DNA from: Octopus vulgaris
Taxonomy: Eukaryota
Direction of reading: 5' to 3'
Length of the DNA: 64,000 bases
Assembly (NCBI GenBank): GCA_951406725.2
Contig: OX597827.1
Location: forward strand, 20,212,001 to 20,276,000
Shown: in pieces, positions 14,284-25,589 of the stretch
Position numbering within the stretch: the stretch's first letter is position 1
Layout: each line of letters begins with the position of its first letter
Notes under the pieces: model-generated
What the model saw: only the letters and a program-made list of their open reading frames with translations
What the model was told of the DNA's origin: nothing
The model's database searches: none
Position numbers and translations under genes: made by a program

Positions 14284-14350
14284 ATGACTGAGACTGCTCA
14301 CCAGGTGAATGGGCCTTCCAGCCCCCCAAGCAAATTTATTGATACAATTA
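14284..14350 (+). CDS. hts: Adducin (hts/ADD1-like), first coding exon (exon 14260-14350), MTETAHQVNGPSSPPSKFIDTI + 1 nt
   Basis: Acceptor with pyrimidine tract (ccattttttttctttacag) ends at 14259. In-frame TAG at 14275 precedes ATG 14284. Consensus donor A|GTAAGT at 14351. The phase-1 end joins the exon at 49574 (A+AT=Asn), giving KFIDTINPDDPEYIR, which parallels human ADD1 RYFDRVDENNPEYLR. Confidence 0.88.
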
Positions 14351-16638
14351 GTAAGTATCTCAACAAATTTATTGATCTTCAACTTTTTTTTATTGGTTTG
14401 GTGGGAGGGAGAGGCTGTACTCATGTCTTTAGATATAAAGATGTTGATGAAATGGAGTAAAGTAAAATTTTATATTAGTTGTGGAGTTAACCCTATTAGG
14501 CCAGCCCATTACATACTGACTAATGTATTATAAAGATATTGAAATAATGCAACAACTTTTGTGATTTTCATGTTTTAGTAAAGTTAGTTATTTTTACTCT
14601 GTATTCTAAGAGTTTCTTTTGATTAGATATAGAAAGATAGATTCAATGGTTTGGATATAGAATGCTTTGATGGTGATACAGTGTAAGAGAAATGGAATCT
14701 TATTTCCAAATTACTCTCAGATTACTGTATGTATTAAGCAAATCTAAGTGTCTGTTAGTAATTCTGATAACCATCATGTGCTAAAGATAATTTTCTATGA
14801 CTTGAGTGGTATATTATTTTTTCATTACTGAGATGTCAATTAAAGAAAGTACTTTGAAAATGGAATTGTGTTTTCAAGTGCTACATAGAGGTCTAGATTA
14901 CTAGAAATTACTTAACTAGATTGTAATGGCAATTGAATATTAATGGTTAGAATGTTTGGCACTGACCTTACAAATATCACTTAATTTAAGATTAAGTGCT
15001 AATATCTAAAAAGTAATGTTTAGAACAGCTGATGAAATAGGTGACTAAATTATCAGTACTGAGTGTTAAGAACCAGCTTTGAGGGTTAATATTGGTCAAT
15101 GAGCTGTTTTGGCAGGAATGTTATTGGGAATTATAAATGGAGAAGATTTCTATTTCAGTCAAATCTGCTTATTTTTTTTGCTTCCAAAGAACTCTGACAA
15201 ACACATTCTTCTCTATATTGTTTCACAATATAACAAATGTGTTTTCTGTGGTGATTCTTTATATTTATGAACCCATCTTAAATTGGAAACTGGGCATCAC
15301 TTCTAAAATTAACATATTTTTGAAGGTCTTCATTATAAAACTAAGTTCAAAGCTGTGAAAGCTGGAAATTATTCATGGATGATGGCCAATTTTACTTTTC
15401 CAGTACCAGCAATATACACTGTTTGAGGCAGTTCATTATTGCACTCTTACAAAATTGGTTTAGTGCCTAGGTAAAAAAAATAGACCAGTTCCAATGGTTT
15501 TATAATTTTTATGCTTTTGTAAAACCCAAGAAGATTGAGTTGTTTGACTTGGGTTTCATTTCTGATGATAGCTACTTCATTTCATTAAGATCTTTTAAAG
15601 AAATCTCCTGCAATTTCATTCTTGATAAATAAGGTTTCAGGACATTTACTGTAAGTCTTTGGGCATTTATTTGAGGTTACATTACAGTTATCTTTTATAA
15701 TTTAGAAACTAAATTGGTGATAGCATATCCATCACATGTAAATAATGTCTTCCAGTTGTCTTTCAATGGTGATCTTTTTAATTGGAGATAGAGATGGAAC
15801 TTATGTCTGTGTCAATGCACAAATCCTATTTGACTCTTAATACTTTAATAATATAATTTGTCTTTGTTAGACATTAACTAAAGTTGAATAATTATTTCTC
15901 TATTGGCATCTGGAAAGTTAGCATTTCCACACCTCATCAGGTAGATACTTTTTTAGTATTTTTTACCAGAACTCAAAACAGAGAAACAGAACATAGATTT
16001 GGCTTTGTTGATATGGAATTGTGTATTCTAAGTAAAATGATAGTTGGTTCCTGTTATTACTACCACTCCTACATGTAATGGCAATATTACAAGTTGAAAT
16101 TGCCACAAAAGACTAATTTGAGGGACAGGTTAGAGGGCTCTCATAACATGTGACCTTTCATATTGTTGAGATTATGTTGGCTTCAAGTTATTAGCTATCA
16201 CAATAGCTAAGCATCATTTGCCAAACAACAAATACCATTGTATGCTATTTGAGTGCCATCTACCACTGGAGATGGGAAATAAGATTTGTACCAAAGAACC
16301 CCGAGATTTCAACTTATTTATCAGCCTACTGATTCTGTTGCTAATGTGTTTTTAGTTAAGAAAGAAGTCAGTGAAATGCTCTTTGGAGTGTAAGATATTT
16401 CAGGTTTATATTTTATAAATTCTATTTTGTTATTTTGTATAGAAAAAATAGTTTCACTTCTGATGCTTTTTTTTTTTCTTGCTCCTTTCCATTGCCCTCT
16501 GGTTTAAGTAAATCACAAAATTCCTATTAACTTTCTCAGAGTGGAATGTGTCAGGCTTTATTTCATTCTCCCATATAAAACTTTCATAAATTTTCCATTT
16601 TGAAACAGAATATGAAAATGTTTAGAAAATTAAAATAT

Positions 16639-16823
16639 GTGCCTTGTGGCATGTAAAAGCACCCACTACACTCACGGAGTGGTTGGTGTTAGGAAGGGCA
16701 TCCAGCTGTAGAAACACTGCCAGATCAGACTGGACTTGGTGCAGCCTCCTAGCTTCCCAGACCCCAGTTGAACTATCCAACCCATGCTAGCATGGAAAGC
16801 GGACGTTAAACGATGATGATGAT
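16639..16823 (+). mobile_element. RTE LINE 3'UTR fragment with (GAT)n tail
   Basis: aaaagcacccactacactc...catgctagcatggaaagcggacgttaaacgatgatgatgat. Confidence 0.85.
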
Positions 16824-17269
16824 TATTTTATCTAGTTTGATTAGTAACTGCAGTAATATTTTATCAGTAACCAAATATTATCATTTGGCCAGTCCTTCAA
16901 ATTGCTTTACAAATATTGTTAAAGGAATAAAAAAAATTTCTTTCTTTGCAAGAAATTCTACTTCTTGAAATTATTAGCTTTAGAGATGTTAGAATTTTTT
17001 TATAACATTAGCTGTTTAAGAAAATCTGGTTTAATCTGTATGGTACTAAAACTTAGTATTATACTACTAATGATAATAAATTCTAGTAAAGACAAGTACT
17101 TATCAAATACAATAATAATAATCTTTTGTCCTCTACTCATCTTCCTCTTCAGTAGTAGATCTATCTTTCAATCAGTTTTCTAGGTGAAGTTATTTTAATA
17201 ATGAAGTTTTGTTGTGTTTATCATATTTTTGATATTTGACAAACATTGTTTTTAGCCTCTCGTTATATT

Positions 17270-17705
17270 CATCATCATCATCATCGTTTAACGTCCGCTT
17301 TCCATGCTAGCATGGGTTGGACGATTTTGACTGAGGGCTGGCGAGCCAGATGGCTGCACCAGGCTCCAATCTTGATCTGGCAGAGTTTCTACAGCTGGAT
17401 GCCCTTCCTAACGCCAACCACTCTGAGAGTGTAGTGTGTGCTTTTTACGTGCCACCGGTACGGGGGCCAGTCAGGTGGTACTGGCAATGGCCTCGCTCGA
17501 ATGTTTTTACACGTGTCACCGGCACAGGTGCCAGTGAAGCAACGTTGGTAACGATCACGCTCGAATGGTGCCCTTTTACGTGCCACAGGTACGGAAGCCA
17601 GTTGGCTGCTCTGGCAATGATCACGCTCAGATGGTGCTTTTGGCACCCTACTAGCACAGGCATGAGTGCCAGTAAGGCGACGCTGGTAACGATCATACTC
17701 AAATA
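17270..17705 (-). mobile_element. RTE LINE 3'UTR fragment with internal ~60 bp tandem units
   Basis: (CAT)n-cgtttaacgtccgctttccatgctagc, then about 4 units of gtgccaccggcac..gccag..ctggcaa..cacgctcgaatggtg. Confidence 0.85.
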
Positions 17706-18495
17706 GCAGCTCTGTCAATGAACTTCATTATCACTATCCTCTAAGACCTTTTTTTTTTCTAGTTTTAGATAATAATTTTACTTTTATCATTTAACTAAAC
17801 TTTGGTATGTTTTACTATGTCATTAGTGAAGTTAAGCTGATGTCAGTGTGACATATAACGATTGATGTGCTGAACTTTGGAACAAGTGAGGACCTGACTG
17901 GCAGATATATTCTCTGGTTGAAACTAGACAGTTGGAATTGTTTAAAGCTTATTTAAAGATATGTGCTATTAATTACATTTCATTAATGGACCATATTGAT
18001 AATGAAACCCAGTAACTGAGCTAATTAACTAAACCATGTGTTAGTTGGTTTCAAGGAGTATATTTTCAGTCTGAGCTGGTATGGAATTTATGTAGACCTC
18101 TCTGTGTACCATTTGGTATAGTGAAGCTACAAGTTTCCAATGTGTATAATTAGAGTGCAAAAGTAATTTGTAGAAAGTATATTAGGTGGTAGATTATATA
18201 TTTTTATGATGAAGTGAACGGAAGCTGTTAGGAAATTGTATGCAGGCCAGCTATGACACTAACAAAATCTGTAATTTCTACAGTACCAATATCAATAATA
18301 ATAAAATTTGTCTTGATATTGGCACAAGTTGAATTAAACAGTAAATTGCTTTGTTTGATAACTGAATTGGATAAGTCCCAACAAAATAATGCATTTGGTT
18401 GAATTAATATATTTTCCTCTATAAAATTACTGTTAATGAACAAAATAAATTGTTCCATGTTCAGGTTCTCTTGAGATTGACTTTACACACACACA

Positions 18496-18498
<3 letters not shown>

Positions 18499-18538
<40 letters not shown>
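18499..18538. repeat. (TA)n microsatellite
   Basis: Read directly. Confidence 0.95.
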
Positions 18539-18539
<1 letters not shown>

Positions 18540-18540
<1 letters not shown>

Positions 18541-18750
18541 CACCATCCAATCGTGGCCGTTGCCAGCCTCGTCTGGCATGTAAAAAGCACCCACTACACT
18601 CACGGAGTGGTTGGCGTTAGGAAGGGTATCCAGCTGTAGAAACACTGCCAGATCAGACTGGGCCTGGTGCAGCCTTCTGGCTTCCCAGACCCCAGTTGAA
18701 CCATCCAACCCATGCAAGCATGGAAAGCGGACGTTAAACGATGATGATGA
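18540..18750 (+). mobile_element. RTE LINE 3'UTR fragment with (GAT)n tail, within (TA)n
   Basis: Highly similar to the 16639 and 27061 copies. Confidence 0.85.
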
Positions 18751-19422
18751 TATATATATATAATGTGTGTGTGTATATATATGAGAGAGCTAGAAAGAGA
18801 GAGAGAGATAAAAATCGTCATTTTGACATCTACTTTTCTATGCTTACTTGGATCAGACAAGACTCACAAAGAATCCTCTATCATCAAATCCTCTTCATGG
18901 CCCTATCCCCCAACTGTTTCCAAGAAATCTTTCAAACAACAAACAGCCCAGATGTGCTTTCATGGAGGGCACGCATCAAAGCAACTCAAGAAGCCCAGAC
19001 ATGCAAATGAATGACAGCATCTGTAGAAATGGTGTAGCTCTTGATTCCAGTTTGTGAGCATACCTGCAAAGTTGAAGGAAAATAGGCACTCAGTCATATA
19101 CATGTAAACACACACACACGACGGACTTTTTCCAGGTTTTGCCTTCCAATTACAATGTATTGATCAACCTGTGGCAATACCAGAGAGTACCAACCAACAG
19201 CATCCACCCAGTGGGGCCAAACCCCTTACTTCATGGTTCCATTGTGAATTTCCTAACCACACAGCCAAACCAGTACATCTCTCTCTCTCTCATCAGTTAA
19301 CATCCATTTTCCATACTGGTATGGTTGGACAGTTTGACAGGATCTGGCAAGCCATAGGACTGTGTTGAGCATCAATGTTAGATTCGGCATGGTTTCTGTG
19401 GCTGGATGCCCTACATATATAT

Positions 19423-19624
19423 ACTCTTTTACTTGTTTCAGTCATTTGACTGCGGCCATGCTGGAGTACCGCTGTTAATCGAGCAACTCGACCCCGGGAC
19501 TTATTCTTTGTAAGCCCAGTACTTATTCTATTGGTCACTTTTGCCGAACCGCTAAGTAACGGGGACATAAACACACCAGCATCGGTTGTCAAGCAATGCT
19601 AGGGGGACAAGCACAGACACACAA

Positions 19625-19666
<42 letters not shown>

Positions 19667-19826
19667 CGAGCTTCTTTCAGTTTCCGTCTACCAAATCCAC
19701 TCACAAGGCTTTGGTCAGTCCAAGGCTATAGTAGAAGACACTTGCCCAAGGTGCCACACAGTGGGACTGAACCCAGAACCATGTGGTTGGTAAGCAAGCT
19801 ACTTACCACACAGCCACTCCTGCGCT
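19423..19826 (-). mobile_element. Full-length tRNA-derived SINE (family A) with central (TA)n/(TG)n
   Basis: Minus-strand head gcgcaggagtggctgtgtggtaag (A box), ggttcagtccc (B box), CORE-like caccttgggcaagt, central microsatellite, tail gactgaaacaagtaaaagagt. Confidence 0.85.
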
Positions 19827-21331
19827 TATGTGTCATTGTTGAATTGAATTCTCATTGCTTCTTTTCTTTATTAGTCTTAGCTTTGTGTTCTAAGGAAGAA
19901 ATAATTATTTAGTGGAAATGTAATATTTTGTTTGTCTTTAAATCAGTTTTTTTTTTGGACACATGTGCAGCTGCATATTTCAGTGCAATTAAATTTCATT
20001 GGTAGACATTTTAAACCTCGGAATTCTAATGCAAATAATCATAATTTAAAAAAATCTAATTTATTAATTCTAACTATTACACTATAAGGTTTCGCCTCAC
20101 TTTCTAAGACCTCAGATGTCTTGTAAATCAACACACTACATTCCATTAATCTGAAAAGTGTTTATTGTGTTGTTTGTTGTTTCATTATTTTTATTAGCAA
20201 TTCTGTTGGTTTGAATGCTATATTCTTTAATTGGATTGTACGGATGTTCTAAAAAGAGGACTTGGCAAATTGGTTGTAGTTACCATTCTATAGAACCTGT
20301 AACCTCCTCTTACACTAAGTTTTTAGCTCCTCCTTACATCAAGAACTTCCTTCCGACTCACCATTTTTGACGCAGCAACACTGCTTGTGTCTCCCTTTAG
20401 TTGACAACTGGCATTGACATTATTTTTATGCAGCCAAAAGCTGTGGAAGAATTTAGTGGGCTTCAAGGATTCTGCTGTGTTGTGACAATGCCAGCCATGA
20501 ATGAAATTGGTAGGTTTCTTGATTAATAACTTGTTTCTGTGATTTATTTCTAACATATTTACATTTCATGTCTCTATTGCTGATTCAGACTTCTTCTTGG
20601 TTACAAAACTTAGTGTGAGTAAATGCAGTTGTTGGACATTAGAAAGACCTCCAGATATAGAAAGCTAAAATGGTTTACATGTTAGTCTGAAGTAGAAAGG
20701 GATTCTGACCATGACGGCCCATTCAAATTATGTCAGTATGGAAACCAGACATAAAATAATAATAATGATGATGATGGGGAGTATTGTTATAAATTTTATT
20801 TTGTTGGGGAAGCATAACTAAGAGGATAGAATATTATTTCCATTAAAGCTTATTCTCTTAAAAAAAAAGAGAAAATCTGATGCTGGTTAACTATGAATAT
20901 TGTCATCAAATGTGTACAGTTTAACAAAATATAAAATGAATTGGTGGTGATTAATATGTGTAAAGGATTAAAAGCTCATCATAATACCCTTTAATCTTGA
21001 GTAAAATTAGATTAAAATGTGTGTTTTAGTTCCTATTCATGTGCACAATGCCATTTGTTACCTGAAACTTAATTGCTTGGCAAAGATACAAATTGTTTTG
21101 TATTGTTTTATTAATTAATTAATGTTACCACAATAACAAAATACAATCCATTTACTCCTCTCTTTTTATATATTGTCAGTTTTATATATAAAGATAATGT
21201 GACCACTTATTCATTGAATATTACTGTTTATTTTCTTCCCAGCTTCAGTTTTAACTTGATAGTATTTTGTATTTCTCAACATAATTACCTGCTTCCTTTT
21301 TGCTCTTTTTTTTTCTTCTTCATATCAAAAG

Positions 21332-21731
21332 TCATTTAACATCAGCTTTCCATGTTGGCATGGGTTGAATGGTTTGACTGAAAACTGGTGAGTTGGGGAG
21401 ATACACTAAGTTCTAGTCTGATCTGGCACAGTTTCTACAGCTTGATGCCCTTCCTAACGCCAACCACTTCAAGAGTGTAGTGGGTGCTTTTTACGTGACA
21501 CCAGCATCAGTGCCAGTTACACGACACTGACATTGGCCATGACTACAATCTCACTTGGCTTGATGGGTCTCCTCAAGCACAGCATATCGCCAGAGGTGTC
21601 AGTCATTTGTGATTACTGCCGTGAGGCCCAGCATTCGCGTCACACAGCTGTCCACATCCATGCACATACCAGCACAGTTGTCTCTCTTGTACACCACATC
21701 TGATGCCTCTTATGCCCAGCTTTTCTCTCAA
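21332..21731 (-). mobile_element. RTE LINE 3' end: ORF C-terminus joined to the (GAT)-tailed 3'UTR
   Basis: Minus-strand LREKLGIRGIRCGVQERQLCWY and RMLGLTAVITND*HLWRYAVLEETHQAK*, contiguous with the common 3'UTR repeat. Confidence 0.8.
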
Positions 21732-23010
21732 GAGATGTAGATCAAAAGTGTTGATTCTTATTACCACCACCTCCACTACTACTATTTTTGTTAAAGCATC
21801 CTGAGAACTGATTTGTTGACTAAGTTTAATTTTTTACTGTACGTTGTTACATTTACTTGAGAAAGTCATGTGATACAATTTCATTCAATTCTATGAATTT
21901 CTGCTCTTCTTGGTGTATGAAAGTATTATTTTTCATAAAATGTTCAATGGTCACCTTGATAAGGTACCTGTCTCAGTTTCCAGGTTATAGCTTTTTTCTT
22001 GCTGTCATTTTGGTGAGTTGATGTAATTACTTAAATTAGAATCTTTGCACTTTTAGACACATAACATAGGATCCATGTTCCCTACAACAATAGTCCTTTA
22101 TCTGAGTGATAGTATCCCCCACCCACTGGGAAGTATTGTGAGTATTGTGGGTTGAGAGATGGTCATGGTTTTTGTTAGAAATAAAATATTTAAACCAACT
22201 CCAAGACTTATATAACACTTATATAATTTAAAGACATTTTTAAGAAATCTTTGTTAGGGTTTAGAAGATGTGTGAGTAAGCAGAATCATAGCCAAAATAT
22301 GTACTTATTCTTCACCTTCTTTAGAAATTTCTATAAAAATTTGACAGAAGGGGCACTAGTTGGTACATGTTGGAAGAGACAGTAAAAATACGGGGAGTAA
22401 ATTCTGCACAAATTTGGTGAAAGGGAGTACTGTGTTACAAGGGGATGCACTAAGTTATGGGGTGGAGGAAGAATTCTGAGCTACAAGAAGTTGAGACCCA
22501 CTGCCTTAGAACAAGACAAAACTTTACCAAGAATCTGTGTCTCTCTGAGAACAATACGGCTTCATGATTGCCTCTGCCTTTCATATATTGGGTCTATATA
22601 AGTGGAGAGCATCTACTTTTCATTTCTTCTGACACCAGCTCTCCTGGTCTCAGTTTTCACTATTTTATTGATTGGTTTTTCTTAGCCTACCTTATTTATC
22701 AATGAATGACATTCAATCAGTTTACTTCCTTCTGGAATTATCATTGGAAATATTAGTACCAATGGTAAATAACCTAACCTCCTACTCTAGGATGTCTAGT
22801 TTGATAGTGAATATTTTCTCAATTGGACTTCAAATCCTGTCGAAATTCATTTTGTCTTTTACTCGACTAAGAAGAATAAAGTAAGCCCTGCTAATTAACT
22901 GTTCCCATTTCTTACAAATATTCACTTTGTGCTTTGTCAAAATCGTTGTTATTGATATTTATGCAATGAAATGATTGTTGTATGGATGTCAACTTGTTAA
23001 AGTGGTTTAA

Positions 23011-23231
23011 CCCTTTTGTTACTGTATGTATTTTGAGATGCTCTGTGTTTCTTTCAATTACTTTAAATACAACAAAGAATTTAGTAAAATAACTTAGTTA
23101 TCATTAAGCTTGTGTTAGGAACATAAATTGTGACTAAGGTTTGGTGGAAGATTTTAATTCAAAACTTATGAAAACAAGACATTTGTACTAAGGAGCCAGA
23201 GCCAGTTTCAGCCGGGTTGGTATCGAAAGGG
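23011..23231. mobile_element. TTAA-type (piggyBac-like) MITE
   Basis: TTAA|CCCTTT...AAAGGG|TGAA termini, no ORF. Confidence 0.6.
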
Positions 23232-25038
23232 TGAAAGACTTGTTTAATGATCACATTTCCCAATGTTCCTTCAATGTTTGATACACTCACCTGATGATAT
23301 TGGTTTGTTCTCTTGGGTGTAGAATTTCTTCATCTTTTTGATTAATTCTTTTTAATTCCTTGCCATTCTTACTAAAGTAAGGCATTATGTTCCCTCCTGT
23401 GGTCTGTTACTCTACAAGGAAATGAAGAACTCCATCACCAGCAAAAGGCACCCACGTCACCAATGTTCAGTTGTCTTACCAGAACTTTTACATTTTATCA
23501 GTGTTCCCTGCTTATTACTGAAACCCAGGTTGCTGATGTTGGGTAAATTTTAACCTCCTCTGGGTCAAACAATGGTAAACTGTTGTATATAGTATTTTGA
23601 TGTCTGTATGCTCTTAGTTCAAATCCTGTTTGGGTCACTAAAATAGTAATACACTAAAGTTGATTCAGTTATGTTTCTTTTATTAAACCAAATGGTCTTG
23701 TGCCTAGAAAAGGATGTATTATGCAGTTCCAGAATATGTAACAAAGGCCCAGGAGTATTGAATCTGGTTATAGCTATGAAACCATTGTACCATGGTATGT
23801 TTTATTGTACCCCCTTCAGTCTTCATTCTAATAGTAGCCATCTATCTTCTCTTTAGCAAGACACCTGTGTCTGTCCCTCTAGCATACTCTAGCTTCTTTA
23901 TCCCTAGCAGACTGCCGTCTCCTTCTCTTCTACAGCTCCACTCAGTCAAGAATGTCTTTGTATTGTTAGCAATAGGAGGGGCATCCATCTATGTCACAGC
24001 AGACATTGGAGCCCAATTCATTGCTTGTTGAATCCTGTCAAATCATCCAACCCAAGCTTGTTGCATGGAAGATGGATGTTAAATACTGATGAGCAATAGG
24101 AATGGTATGTTGCTGTAAAAATTTGTTTCCACAATCTGTAAAATGTGCCTATCAGCCAATAATAAATTCATCCATATTAACATTGAAAACTAGATAAAGG
24201 AAAGACTCTTCTTGATTTAAATTCTCTTTTTATTCTAGTTCTAAAGCTGTTTGTCTATCTCTGATTGGGGGAGTGTTGCCTTATCCAACAATGTTGCCAG
24301 CTCTAGCAAAATTTGATCTTTAATGGCTGGAGGTTTTTTTCATTTGTTTTTATAAGTAAGCTATGGTTAAGAGCCGGATGTCTCTAACTTATCTTGCTAC
24401 CACTAAAGCAAAAGAAAATCTCATATATCTGGGTTGGGTACTGAAGACAAGGAGTTTCAAGTGGTCGTGTATGTTTGTGTAGGCACATATGTCAGTGTAT
24501 GTGTGGGGGCGGCACCTAATATTAGTGGTTATTTTTGTTTGATATGACATTGCAGTTCACTACCATAAACCTTTACCAATTCAGTTACATTTCTGTTGAC
24601 CCTAAAAACTGTTTTTAGAAAACTATTCTTGAAATGAGTGTTTATAATCAAATATATATATATATATTCTTTGAAAATCTTTTCAATAGTAAATCTTAAT
24701 TGAATTCCATTAAAATATGCAGGAATAATTCTTTGTTATGACCCAAAAAAAGTAACACATTTGCTTTCCTCATAACATTTCCAAATTTGTTAAAGATTAA
24801 GTTAAAAAATTAGTTGATTTTTATCTGTTAGTATTATTTAAATAAATGGATTTAAACCTCTTACTATCCTGCAATTTAATACTTTGTTAACAATTAGATG
24901 ATTGAATACTCTCGTTTTGTCCTTTCTCTTTAGAGTTTTCCCTTTCTCAGTTGTACTTGAAATATGAAACTCGTTCATTTTGTCTCACCACATCTACATC
25001 TTCTCGCTTATTTCACTGGGGTCAAAAGTATTTTCTAA

Positions 25039-25098
25039 CAAATATCCGTCAAATGTAAATAATGTACATATTTTCCTCATCTCTTAAATATAGAACTG
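25039..25098 (+). mobile_element. Short terminal fragment of the Penelope-like element seen at 62681-62869
   Basis: caaatatccgtcaaatg matches 62853-62869. tcctcatctcttaaatatagaact is the reverse complement of 62681-62704 (1 mismatch). Confidence 0.65.
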
Positions 25099-25589
25099 TG
25101 AAATACACTTACAGTTTAAAGTATAAATTCCTTCAAGGTGATTTTCTTTCTAGGCTAGACATATGAATGCTTTTATTATTGCTAAAATCTAGAGTACAAA
25201 TTTGGATGAATTGACCTGCTAAGTTTGAACTAGTTAGATTAAGTCTGCAGATATATCTGATATTGATTTCTGTAATCCGATTTTTTTTTTCTTTTTTGTC
25301 AGTATTGTCTGGTTTATTTGTGTGAGACTATCTGTACTTGTACATTTGTTACTGCTTTCTTTCTCTTCTGGTGTCATGTTATCATTTTGCTATTAATCAG
25401 TCTTCAAAAGTACAAGCTCTTTCATGTTATATTTAATATTTATTTTTCTAAATTCTCTTTTATTTCATAAATGTATAAGTCATAAAATGTTACTCAACAT
25501 CAATATTCAACCTTTTCTTACTTGTTAGTAGTAGGATTATTATTGTTGTTATCATTATTATTGTATTCTTTTTAACTTGGATTTTGTTG

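Noticed and set aside
17246-17718. Overlapping 60-130 aa ORFs here and at 27067-27472, 30735-31073, 49188-49437 and 53202-53497
   Set aside because: They are translations of the GC-rich RTE 3'UTR repeat. The same peptides recur at each copy with frameshifts.
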